NCBI RefSeq assembly: GCF_018350175.1
Contig: NC_058369.1
Location: forward strand, 24,306,001 to 24,370,000
Source of the DNA: Felis catus
Taxonomy: Eukaryota
Reading direction: 5' to 3'
DNA: 64,000 nucleotides
In this document: positions 52,906 to 64,000 of the stretch, in pieces
How the letters are laid out: each line of letters begins with the position of its first letter
Position numbering within the stretch: position 1 is the first letter of the stretch
Made by a program: the position numbers and the translations under genes
The notes under the pieces: generated by a model
The model's database searches: none
What the model saw: only the letters and a program-made list of their open reading frames with translations
Told to the model about the DNA's origin: nothing

Positions 52906-53120
52906 AGGCACCTGGGTGGCTCAGTTGGTTAAGCGTCCGACTTCAGTTCAGGTCATGATCTCCTGGTTCATGGGTTCGAGCCCCGCGTTGGGCTCTGTGC
53001 TGATGGCTCAGAGCCTAGAGCCTGCTTCGGATTCTGTGTCCCCTTCTCTCTAGGCCCCTTCCCCACTCATACTCTGTCTCTGTCCTTCTCTCAAAAATAA
53101 ATAAACATTAAAAAAAAAAA
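52906..53120 (+). mobile_element. CanSINE
   Basis: TSD gaagtgagatggg (52893-52905) / gaagtgaggtagg (53121-53133). Confidence 0.93.
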
Positions 53121-55038
53121 GAAGTGAGGTAGGGTATTCCCCAAACATCCCTGACTTACAATAGTAATAATAATAACAGTAATGATGGTAATCAACACAA
53201 TTTATAGCTAGAACCCTTTACTAGAGTCAAAGCACTTTTCACATAGATGCATCATGCTGGCACAGTGACTGCCATTTCATAAATCAAGGCATAGAGGCTC
53301 AGACAAGTTATTAAATGGGGGGGGGGGGGGCGAAGGCATGTCCACACATCTCCTGCTTCTAAATGCTCTGTTCTTCACACACTTTACTTCAGATCATAGA
53401 ATAATAGCTAGGCCTTTCTTCTCCTTATGAATATGTTGGTAAGTATCACTGAAATACAGAAAAATAAGGTGCTAAAAAAGCCCATTCACTATTATCTCTA
53501 CTGCCATGGAATTAATATGTTGGCAGATGGAGGTAAGTTGGTACATAGAAAACATCAAGGGAAGTAGCAAAACAAGAAACTTGGCTTTGGGGTCCTTTGA
53601 AGCCGGTTTAAAAAGGTAAAATGTTATATTACAAGCTATGTGGTATATATCTGTGTGCATGTAATTATTATTCCATTGATTAATTGCACACATGTCAAAG
53701 AGCGTCTGGGCATTTATACAAGTTAAAACAAACCAACCCAGGAGCCAAGCCACATAGCCGCAAACCCAGACAACTTGCCTCCTACCCTTCATTCTACTAC
53801 CTCCTAAACGCAAACCCCCTGGTAGCAAAAGCCGTCCTTGCAGAGATGAACCTTTAAGCCAGTGGCATCTGTCCTTTATATCATATTCTAAGAGTAGCCA
53901 ACTGGCTAGTTGATGGCACAGATTTTCCAGATAAACCAGCAAGGCTCTTCCCATTCTAGAGACAGCCCTCTTCTGTTTTGGCAAGAGCTTTTAGGAATGA
54001 CCCAGGAATCTAATTGGAAGGAACAATCACATATAACCTCCTCCAAGAACAAGCACCATACCTCTCATATGAGTGTAAACTCAGGTCTTTCATTGTAGGG
54101 TGTAATGAAACAGAACATATCTCATTCACTGAGTACTTGCCCACTAACTCACCACCAGTTAGGTAGGGAGACTTATTTCTGTCTGTTTCTCCAAGAAGCA
54201 GGAAAATCACTTTAATGTACTTTACCCTGTTGGCAAAAATCCTTTGCTTATGATCCAACAATTAGAGCTAATTTCAACCTAAATTGCTTCCCCTTAGAGA
54301 TGGACATCATTAGATAACTTTCTCCATTTCCATTTACAAAGATTTTAAAGGAAGAAAAAAGGCAAAAGAAATTTCCTTGGATGTTTCAGCTGATAAAATC
54401 ATTAATCTCACACACCCAACTTCAAAGCAGGAAACCAGAAAATCTTCTTTCTCTGCACATTGAGAATAATTTTTTCTACTTCAAAGCACCATCTCTTTAT
54501 TGGGTCATTTTAATTATTGAGCATGGGACAGAAGCTATCCTAATGTCACCACTGTCTTTTTCATGAAAAATGTATAGGTCTAATTTGGACTACATTAATT
54601 TGAGAGGAGTAAAATACTGAGGAGAGTATAAGAAAAGGGAAAGAGGCCAGAGGATATGGCACTCATCTGTGCAAGGTAGTGAGAGGGAGGTAGTGAGCCT
54701 TTCTGAGCTGACTTTTCTTTCTTTCCTGCTGAAAAGGAACCATCAAGAAGCCTGACTCCCTGTTTGAGTAATACCACAGCAGACTGCCTTGCTTCTCAAA
54801 TTTCCTTCCACCTAATACACAGCAACAGAATTACACTAACTTTATTAGTAATGCTGGTATTTCCCCAACCCAACACAACTGTGTGTTGTGAATAACCACT
54901 GTGAAAACAAAACTGGACCCCCGTTCTACAACAGGGGTCAGCAAACAATCTGGCCCTGTTCAGAGTACAACTGCTAGAGAGAGGACCAGCCAGGCATTCC
55001 AACTCCCACTCAACCCTCTTCCTACAAAATCACAATGC

Positions 55039-55258
55039 CAGGGCTTAGGAAACTTTTCCTGTACAGGGCCAGAGAGTAAATATTTTCAGTTTTAAGGGCC
55101 AGATGATCTCTGTCGCTATTAAATCGTTCTGTTAATGCACAAAAGCAGCTAAAGACAACACGTAGATGACAGGTTGCAGCTATGTTCTAATAAAACTTTA
55201 TTTACAAAGACAGGTATAAGGCAAGATTTGTCCCACAAGCCATAGTTTTTAACCCCTA
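55039..55258. mobile_element. MER58A-like hAT element
   Basis: caggg...aaacttttcctgta...gggccagagagtaaatatttt...taataaaactttatttacaaa...ccatagtt. Confidence 0.75.
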
Positions 55259-55274
55259 TTTAGACAAGTGCTAG

Positions 55275-55465
55275 ATAGCAGAAATGTTCTATAGCTGTGC
55301 TTTCTCATTCACTAGTCAGTAGTCACATGTGACTATTAAATACTTGAAGTATGGCTAGTGTGCTACCGCTAGCTAATGTGCTAAGAAACTACATTTTAAA
55401 TCTTACTGAATCTCAATTAAATTTGAATGGCCACATGTGACTAGTGGCTACAGTATTAGCACAGT
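55275..55465. mobile_element. MER3-like hAT element
   Basis: gaaatgttctata...agtcacatgtgacta...ggctagtg...ggccacatgtgactagtggcta. Confidence 0.7.
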
Positions 55466-56444
55466 TCTAGATACTATTCACTGCAGCCTCCTCAAACGAG
55501 ATACAAGCTGTCTTCCAATTTATGGCATAGTTCAAATGTTTGCCTTGCAAAATAAAGTATCCGTGCTTTCAAATTCACAATAAAACTATATAAAACTGAA
55601 AATGATTTTCTTAAATGTGAGATATCTACCTCACTGAGGCCAAAATGATCATTTTGGTTTGCAGCAATCAAATAACTGCCTATTAGCCAATGTCAAGTGC
55701 ATAGGGGCTGAGTCAGGTCCATGCCAAGGCCTATCCAATCTGGAAGTTGTTTCCTTTCACCTCTGGACACTCTGCTGCACCCTGACTGAGGGCACAGGCC
55801 TACTCCATGGCCATATTATTTCTAAGGAAAATCTAAACCTCCCCACAGACCCAAAAGCATATATGTACAAAAACACAGCTTAAAGAGTTCAAGAGAGAAC
55901 ATGTAACTCAATTAGATTGCCTTCTCCTACAGTAATCCACTTAACATACTGCCTCAACAGAAAACATCAGGGAGATTCATCGCATTCTTTGCTATTGCCC
56001 ACATGCAATAATTTATTTTCTGGCAACTGTTTTATTTACATAGTAACTAGCTTGTGTTTTGCCTATCTTAGCAGGCCCAAAGATATAATACAATGAGGAG
56101 AAGCAAGGAAATAGGACAGTAACTTATATTAGGCTTTCTTCTAAGTTTGAATAAGAAATAACAAACCAGCACTTCTTGCCAATTAGCAATAAGTGCACCT
56201 CGGAAAAACCTCATTGGCTTAGATACTGCCACTGCACAAAACTTAAACCAACATTTCTTTCAAGAAACTCATACAAAAATCGACTTTCTTCAATGAGTAA
56301 AAGAATCTTGAAAAGTAAAGATACCCTTTAGGAAGTAACAAACCCCTGGAATCATGGGTGCCAGGACGGGGAACCTATACAGACACACAGTAAGTAAGGC
56401 AGATGACATTCTGACTTTTTTATGATTTTTGATAAAACCATTCT

Positions 56445-56766
56445 AGATCCAATGATTTATTTGTGGTTCCCAAATCCAAAAAACTCTGAAAAAAATGAAA
56501 AAAAAAAATCCCAGAGTGAAGCAAACTCTTTTGGTGGCACAATCAGACATGAACTGACAGCATGCTACTTACACAGTCTTAATTTATCTTACTTTAGTAT
56601 GCGGAATTTTTTCTCTGCAGATATAGTCATGTGTTTGTTTACAAGGTGTTACTATATCCCCACTGGGAGTTTTATGCAATCTAGGATACATGCAATGGGT
56701 CTTACCTTTCTAAAATCCCCGGAATATCTGACATCCAAAACAAATCTGGCCTCAAAGGTTTGGATC
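56445..56766. mobile_element. Ancient Tigger-type non-autonomous element (MamRep137-like)
   Basis: caaatccaaaaaactctgaaa...ttacctttctaaaatcc...atctggcctcaaaggtttggat resembles the consensus as I remember it. Confidence 0.45.
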
Positions 56767-56845
56767 TTCTAAAGAAAGCTGTCCAGGTAGGACGTTTTCT
56801 ATCAACTCAACGTCTGGTGCCTGGCATCATGAAACAGTGCCTTAC

Positions 56846-57013
56846 CTCAGTCTGAAGGATGGCAGCCCTCTGTTCTTTGGCAGTAAGCGACTCTTTAAGC
56901 ACTTCAATGTGTTGCTTGCAATCTGAATTTTGATTGCTAAGAGTTTCAAGCTTTGTTTGTAAGGCAAGAAGTTCTGACTCCTTCTTTGAAAGCTCCTGCT
57001 TCAGCTGATCAAT
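56846..57013 (-). CDS. ERC2: Internal coding exon (168 nt, phase 0/0) of ERC2 (CAST1/ELKS2), coiled-coil region
   Basis: The minus strand reads gttgctgtttcacag|ATTGATCAG...CAGACTGAG|gtaagg, with canonical splice sites. It translates to IDQLKQELSKKESELLALQTKLETLSNQNSDCKQHIEVLKESLTAKEQRAAILQTE, which I recognise as ERC2; the ERC1 paralogue reads roughly IGQVKQELSRKDTELLALQTKLETLTNQFSDSKQH. It is absent from the ORF track because it has no start codon. Confidence 0.95.
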
Positions 57014-57165
57014 CTGTGAAACAGCAACAAAATTGCAAGAAATTAGAAGCCACAGTTCCTATTCTTTACATTTGAGAACTACCGATGTCTCTTAATTTTC
57101 AATAGTCAGCGATCATTACTCCAACAAGGCAAGCCATGAGTTTGCTTAAAAATGGCCTTGGTGGA

Positions 57166-57366
57166 GGGGGGGGGCACCTTGGTGGTTCAGTCGGTTTAGT
57201 GTCCACCTTTAGCTCAGGTCATGATCTCACGGTTCATGAGTTTGAGCCCCACATCAGGCTCACTGCTGTCAGAGCAGAGCCCACTTGGGATCCTCTGTCC
57301 CCTTCTGTCTGCCCCTCCCCGGCATGAGCTTTCTCAAAAATAAATAAACATTAAAAAAAAAACCAA
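57166..57366 (+). mobile_element. CanSINE about 150 bp from the ERC2 exon acceptor
   Basis: TSD aaaaatggccttgg (57148-57161) / aaagatggctttgg (57367-57380). Confidence 0.92.
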
Positions 57367-59557
57367 AAAGATGGCTTTGGAAGTTCTTACAGGTCTGGAG
57401 AGGCTCTGTAAAGATGGCGTAGAGTACAGAAAATAGAAAGGTAAGGTCAGCAGACTGTCTTCTACCATCAACCCCACTCAGAACAAAGCTTCACAGTGGA
57501 ATGGCGGCTTCCTGAACAGACGTACCCATGAAATCACATATACTATTCACCATTATCCTCAGAAGGGTCAACAGATTGCTAATGAAGGTAATTAACCCAA
57601 GACATACCCTGGTCCTTCTCTGCCATTCCACAGTGGAAATGATCATTCAAGGGCATCGTTTGACAAAAAAGAATTCTTACCCCCCTCCAAAAAAGTAAGC
57701 ATTAAAGATTTTTTGTTTATATTAAATACTGACAAGATACAAAATAACATAAAATGATGTAAAGTATAAGGAAAAATAATACAAGAAACATCCATCATTC
57801 AATTCAGCAAAAAGATCATTAGAATTACCTGTGTCCCAACCCATTTCTATCTCCTTCAGAAATAATTATCACCCTCGATTTTGTGTTTGTCATTTTCTTG
57901 CTTATCTTTTTACCATATATTTTTTTTTACATTTCAACTTTATTTGTTCTGTGTATTTCTTTTTAGTACTTTGCTTTTTTCTACTCAATCATACGTCCTG
58001 AAGATTAAATCATGTTATTGTACATGAAATTTGTTCATTTTCACTGAATTCCACTGTAAGACTTCACCACAATTCATTTGCCCATTCTGCTATTAATAGA
58101 CATTTTGGTTTGTTTCCAGGTTTTTTTGTTAAAACAAAAAGTGCTATTCTGAACATTCTTATATATATTACCTGGTATATGTAGCAAAAATAATCTAGGA
58201 GTTAAATTGCTGGACTACATAGTATGCACATCCTTAACTTCACTGGGGAACACCAAAATGTTTACCAAAGCTGTTATATTCACTTTCAGGGTCCCAAGCA
58301 GTGTGTAAGTGTGCCAGTCATGCCACATCTTCGCCGATGTCTTATGTCACCAGACATTTACATTTGTGCCAGCCTGACAGAGTTGTGGTAAATGATCTCC
58401 AAAGATGACTGTCACTTGTCCACACACGCTGCTCCTCACAACTAGAGGTAGAGTCTGTTTACCCTACTCTTGAACCTGGGCTAAACTGTGGCTTACTTCA
58501 ACAGCTAGATGCAGCCAAAGTGTCAGCATGCCTGTTCTGGACCTTGTCTATAGGAGGACGGGCAGCTGGAAGCTGGCCACCATGTTAGATGTCTAACTGC
58601 CCCCCTGACCACCAAGCTGTGAAGAAGCCCATACCAGACACATGGACCGGCCAGGCCGAAAGACAGAGAGGCCTGGTAGAAATTGTGGCTCCTTCATCTT
58701 GTTCTTGGTCTTAAAGGGAAGAATTTCAATGTTTCATCATTAAGTTTGATGTTTGTTTTAGCTTTTTATAGGCGCTCTTAAGTTTCAGAAAGTTCCCTTT
58801 TATTACAACTTTGCCAAGAGTTGTTTTTTTTTAATCATTAAGGAATGTTTAATATTAATAAACATTTTATTCTGCATCTCATGATTTATCACACTTTTCA
58901 CCTTTAATATGTTATTGTAATGAATTACACTAATGGATTTTTAAAATACTCAGCTCTCTTTGCACAACTATGAATAACTCCACTTAGTCATAATGTACTG
59001 TATTTTTTATATGTTACTGGATTCAGCTTGCTATTTTGTCAGGATCTTTCATCTATGTTTATGGATAAGACTGGTTTGTAATTTTCCCATTTTGTGCTGT
59101 ACTTGTCAGGTTTTAGTACCAACTTAGAGTGCTCCTTTTTTTTAATGTGTTCTGAAATGTTTTGTGTAATTAAAATCTTCCCATTAGTGTTATTAGAAAT
59201 CAACAGTAAAATCAGCTAAAGCTGGCATTTTCTTTCTCCAAAGACCATTACTTACTTCATCCATCATTAGTGGTTAAAGGAATATTCATGTTTCTAATTA
59301 TTTGAATCAATTCTGATAACTTTTTTCTCCTAAGAATTTTTCATTTTATCTAAATACTCACCTTTACCTAGCAGGAAATTTTCATAAAACCACTTATCTT
59401 TTGATATCTATGGTATCTATGACTGTCTTCTTCATCCTAATACTCTTTAGTTTTACTCTCTTTTTCTTGATGAGTCTCAGCAGAGGCATGTCATGTTAAA
59501 TAATCTCTTCAAAGAGTCAATTTTGGCTGTGTTCGTCGTCTAACATTCTTATTTTCT

Positions 59558-59775
59558 TTTTTTTTTAATTTTTTTAACATTTTATTTTTGAGACAGGGAG
59601 AGACAGAGCATGAACGGGGGAGGGTCAGAGAGAGAGGGAGACACAGAATCTGAAACAGGCTCCAGGCTCTGAGCTGTCAGCACAGAGTCCGATGCGGGGC
59701 TCGAACTCACGGACTGCGAGATCATGACCTGAGCCGAAGTCGGACGCTTAACCGACTGAGCCACCCAGGCGCCCC
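59558..59775 (-). mobile_element. Young CanSINE
   Basis: TSD taacattcttattttct at 59541-59557 and 59776-59792. Confidence 0.96.
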
Positions 59776-59990
59776 TAACATTCTTATTTTCTATTTCATT
59801 AATTTCTTCTTTTATTTTTTAATTATTTCTTTCCTACTACTTTTTTGGATTTATTCTATTTTCTTTTCATAATTTTCTAAGTTAGATACTTATCTAACTT
59901 TCACTTTTTCTTTCCAAATACATCTTAAGACTGTAAATTTCCCTGTCAGTATCACTTTAGCTTGATCCCACTAGTTTGATACATAATATT

Positions 59991-60210
59991 TTTTTTAATT
60001 TTTTTTTAACGTTTATTAATTTTTGAGACAGAGAGAGACAGAGCATGAATGGGGGAGGGTCAGAGAGAGAGGGAGACACAGAATCTGAAACAGGCCCCGG
60101 GCTCTGAGCTGTCAGCACAGAGCCCGATGCAGGGCTCAGACTCACAGACTGTGAGATCATGACCCAAGCCGAAGTCGGACGCTCAACCGACTGAGCCACC
60201 CAGGCGCCCC
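59991..60210 (-). mobile_element. Young CanSINE
   Basis: TSD agtttgatacataatatt at 59973-59990 and 60212-60229. Confidence 0.96.
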
Positions 60211-61091
60211 AAGTTTGATACATAATATTGATATTGTTGCTCAGTCCTAAATATTTTCTGATCTCCATATATATTATTCTTCAACTCACAAATAATTATG
60301 CTTCTTACTCAACAAATACATGGATGTTTCCTAGTTATCTTTGTGTTTTTTCTTGCTTGCTTTGCTTTGTGAATAGAGAACAAGGTCTCTAATACACTAA
60401 TCATTTGAAATTAGTGTTATCTTGCTTTATGACAGAGTATGCGGTCATTTATCATAAATGTATTTTGTGCACTGTGTGCTAGAAAACAATATGTATCCAA
60501 AAATTGTTGAGTGCAAGTCTATAATCATTGGCTCAAAAATGGTTTCTTTGCCTTAAAGTCTGTAACACCTTTGTCACAGTTAATATTTGGCTAATGTGTC
60601 TTTTTTCATTTTCAATATCATTAACTTTATGTTGTAGATGTCTCTTGCAAATAGCATATATCCATATTCTTTTATCCTCTCTTATAAAATTAAATGGAGC
60701 ATTTATTACCATTACAGACATACGTGATTTATTTCAACCACCTACCTTGTGCTTTCTAAACATATTGCCATTTCTATTTCTCTTCTTTTCGTTCTTGCCT
60801 TTTGAAAGATTTTTTTATCCTATTTTTTTTGCCTCTACTCATTTAAGACTTATAACCTTTATTTATATTTATTTTATTTCGTTTATTTCTAACCTTTAAG
60901 TTATTACCCTAGAAATTATAGCTTGCTTACATTTTTAACTTACCTAAGTCTAAAGTCAATCTATGCTTACTTTCTTTCAGAAAAATATAAGGATCTTGAG
61001 ACACTTTCAGTTCAGCCACCATCCCCTTGACATACACGTTATTGCTGTATTTTAGTTCTTTCCTGTTTTGTTTTTAACTCATCATTACTTT

Positions 61092-61306
61092 TTTTTAAAA
61101 AATTTTTTATGTTTATTTATTTTTGAGAGAGAGAAGCAGCATGCAAGCAGGGGAGGGGCAGAGAGAGAGGGAGACACCGAATCTAAAGCAGGCTTCAGGC
61201 TCTGAGCTATAAGCACAGAGCCTGACACGGGCTAGAGCCACAAACCACAAGATCATGACCTGAGCCAAAGTCGGATGCTTAACCGACTGAACCACCCAGA
61301 CGCCCG
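61092..61306 (-). mobile_element. CanSINE
   Basis: TSD tcatcattacttt at 61079-61091 and 61307-61319. Confidence 0.94.
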
Positions 61307-62507
61307 TCATCATTACTTTCTTTACAGTCCATGTTTATTTAGATTTACCACATTTGTCACTATGTTTGTTCAATATTATTCCTTCATATCAGATGTTCTG
61401 TTAGAAATCTCCTTATACCTGAAACGAATCATTTAAATTTCTTTTAGTGGGATTTTTTTGGTGGCAAACTCAATTTTTTTGTCTAAAAATACATCATTCT
61501 TTTTTCAATATTGTTGCTGAGCATTAAAAGTAATTTTCTAGGTTAAGTGATATTTTTTTCTCTCAGCCATCTTCTGGCTAACATAAGCTTTTAAGAAGTC
61601 AAGCTATCACTCCAAATTCAATCCTTTACAGGTAATGGGACTTTTTTCCATTAGCTGCTTTTTAAAATAGTCTTATTGAAATATAATTTATATACCATAC
61701 AATTCAACCACTTAAGTCACAGAGTTGATGGTTTTTAGTGTATTCGCAGAATTGTGCAATCATCATCATAATCAAACTTTAGTGCATTTTCTTCATTCCA
61801 AAAAGAAACCTCGTAACAATTAGAAGTCACTCTCCATATTCCCCACTCTCTACCCCCAGCCCTAAGCAACTAGTAATATACTTTCTGTTTCTATGAATTA
61901 GCCTATCCTGGGAATTTTACATAAATGGAATCTTGTAATATATGTATTTTGTGACTGTCTTCTCTCACATAGCATGACATTTCAAGGTTCATTCATATTG
62001 TAGTATGTACCTGTACTTCATTCTTTTTTATTGTTGAGTAATACTACACTGAATGAATATGCCACATTTTGTCTATCCATTCACCAGTTGAGGGACACTC
62101 ACATTGTTTCCATGTTCTGGCTACTATGGATAATGCTTCTAAGAACATTCATATGCAAGTCTGTGTGGACATATGTTTTTATTTCTCTTGTGTACATATA
62201 TATAGGTGTGGAACTTCTAGGCCATATGATAACTGTATGTTTAGCATTCTGAGGAACTTCTAAACTGTTTTCCAAAATGACTGCACCATTTCACATCCCC
62301 ACTACCAATATATGAAGGTTCTAATTTCTTCATACTCTCACCAAAACTTGTTAGTCTATCTTTTTACTTATAGCCATTCCAGTGGGTATGAAGTAATATG
62401 TCATCGTGGTTTTGATTTCTCTAATGACTAATGATATTAAGCATCTTTTCATATACTTATTAGCCATTCATATATCTACTTTGGACAAATGTTCTAACTG
62501 CTTTTTA

Positions 62508-62717
62508 ATTTTTTTAATGTTTAATTTTGAGAGAGAGAGACAGACAATGTAAGTGGGGAAGGGGAGAGAGAGAAACAAGGAGACACAGAATCCAAAGCAG
62601 GCTCCAGGCTCCAAGCTGTCAGCACAGAGCTCAACGTGGGGCTCAAGCTCATGAACTGCAAGATTATGACCTGAGCCGATGTCGGACCCTCAACCGATTG
62701 AGCCACCCAGGCATCCC
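62508..62717 (-). mobile_element. CanSINE
   Basis: TSD tctaac(t/g)gcttttta at 62493-62507 and 62718-62732. Confidence 0.93.
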
Positions 62718-63145
62718 TCTAACGGCTTTTTAAAACATTTTCTTTGCTTCTGAGATTTTATGTAAATGGGCAGATTTCTTTTCCTCTTTGGGGTACTCAA
62801 AGAGTCCTGAATTTATGGACTTGTATCTATCATTAGTTTTGGAAAATTCTCAGCTTTCCACTCTTCAAATATGGCTTCTGTGTAGTGATTTTGTCCCTAC
62901 TCCATCTCTCTTTTCCTCTAGAACTCTGATTAGACAGATGCCAAACCTGTTTATTCTGTCTTCTATGTATCTTAATTTATCTTCAATGTATTTCACCTTT
63001 TTATCTTTTATTTACTTTATACTACTCTGTTTTCTAGCTCATTAAATGTCTTTTCTGCTATGATCATTCCGCAGTTGAACCGATTTATTAAACTTTCAAA
63101 TTTCCATTTTTATATTTTCCTATTTCTAGACATTCTTTGGTTCTC

Positions 63146-63557
63146 TTTTTTTTTTTTTAATTTACATCCAAGTTAATTAGCATACAGTGCAACAATGATT
63201 TCAGTAGATTCCAGTGATTCATCCCCTATGTATAACACCCAACGTTCCTCCCAACAAATGTCTTCCTTAATGCCCCTTACCCATTTAGCCCACCCCTCCA
63301 CCCACAACCCCTCCAACAATCCTCAGTTTGTTCTCCGTATTTAAGAGTCTCTTAGGTTTTGTCCCCCTCCTTGTTTTTATATTATTTTTACTTCCCTTCC
63401 CTTATGTTCATCTTTTTGTATCTTAAAGTCCTCATATGAGTGAAGTCATATGATATTTGTCTTTCTCCAATTTCACTCTAGTTCCACCTACGTAGTTGCA
63501 AATGGCAAGATTTAACTATTTCTGATGGCCAAGTAATACTCCATTGTGTGTGTGTGT

Positions 63558-63596
<39 letters not shown>

Positions 63597-64000
63597 ATAT
63601 CTCTTTATCCACTCATCTGTCGATGGACATTTGGGCTCTTTCCACAGTTTGGCTATTGTCAATAGTGCTCCTATAAACACTGGGGTGCATGTGCCCCTTC
63701 AAATGAGCACACCTGTACCCCTTGTATAAATACCTAGTAGTGCAATTGCTGGGTCATAGGGTACTTCTATTTTTAATTTTTTGAGGAACCTCCATACTGT
63801 TTTCCAGAGTGGCTGCACCAGTTTGCATTCCCACCAGCAGTGCAAAAGAGACCTCCTTTCTTCACATCCTTGCCAACATCTGTTGTTGCCTGAGTTGTTA
63901 ATTTTAGCCATTCTGACTGGAGTGAGGTGGTATCTCATTGTGGTTTTAATTTGTATTTCCCTGATGATGACTGATGTTGAGCATTTCTTCATGTGTCTGT
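63146..64000 (-). mobile_element. Carnivore L1 3' end (poly-A, 3'UTR, ORF2 C-terminus), running off the window
   Basis: T run from 63146; ORF 63699-63992 reads ...[10 protein letters not shown]...[20 protein letters not shown]. Confidence 0.95.

Larger units (their letters stand above)
1..56845 (-). other. ERC2: Large ERC2 intron downstream of the exon (continues past the window start)
   Basis: GT donor at 56844-56845. No further ERC2-like peptide was recognised to the left, and the region is repeat-rich. Confidence 0.75.
57700..63145 (-). mobile_element. Old L1M scaffold with nested insertions (MaLR-like piece about 58385-58680, L1MB-like piece about 61668-62492, four SINEs)
   Basis: Continuous T-rich antisense L1 motifs (cttgttcttggtcttaaagggaa, agaaagttccc, ctggattcagcttgcta, tgaggaacttctaaactgttttccaaa). 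Confidence 0.75.
57014..64000 (-). other. ERC2: ERC2 intron upstream of the exon
   Basis: AG acceptor at 57014-57015. The rest is almost entirely LINE/SINE. Confidence 0.8.

Noticed and set aside
53472..53984. 170-aa minus-strand ORF near the ERC2 exon
   Set aside because: No recognisable domain, not coiled-coil or ERC2-like, and no convincing splice sites; a chance intronic ORF.
55629..55657. Perfect 18-bp palindrome ccaaaatgatcattttgg next to cctcactgagg
   Set aside because: One 9-bp-arm palindrome is not unexpected in 64 kb of AT-rich DNA, and there is no supporting context.
59558..60210. Two very similar adjacent SINEs as a segmental tandem duplication
   Set aside because: Each has its own distinct TSD, so they are independent insertions.
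1..64000. CRISPR arrays, operons or prokaryotic defence systems
   Set aside because: The window is mammalian intronic DNA with no regularly spaced repeat-spacer array or gene cluster.

Overview
This is eukaryotic genomic DNA from a felid, judged by its SINEC_Fc-type CanSINEs and feline/carnivore L1s. The only host coding sequence I can support is a 168-nt, phase-0 internal exon on the minus strand (56846-57013) of ERC2 (CAST1/ELKS2), a presynaptic active-zone protein. Everything else is flanking intron, filled with about 17 CanSINEs, a decayed ~7-kb L1 with an intact TSD, young and old L1 fragments, L2/MIR, MaLR/ERVL LTRs, MER/Tigger DNA transposons and microsatellites. Almost all ORF-track entries are repeat-derived or chance ORFs. 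I see no new protein-coding system. The best signals are mechanistic: (1) an L1 3' transduction carrying ~1 kb of foreign DNA between a perfect 15-bp TSD (24847-26878), possibly multi-generational and containing cryptic splice sites on the ERC2 strand; (2) recurrent fold-back, self-templated palindromic insertions at TA-rich sites, the largest a ~380-bp AT-rich quasi-palindrome replacing part of L1 ORF2; (3) a twin-primed L1 with a large internal gap; (4) inverted SINEs bracketing the ERC2 exon. Repeat family names come from remembered consensus sequences, not from a search, and old-repeat boundaries are approximate.
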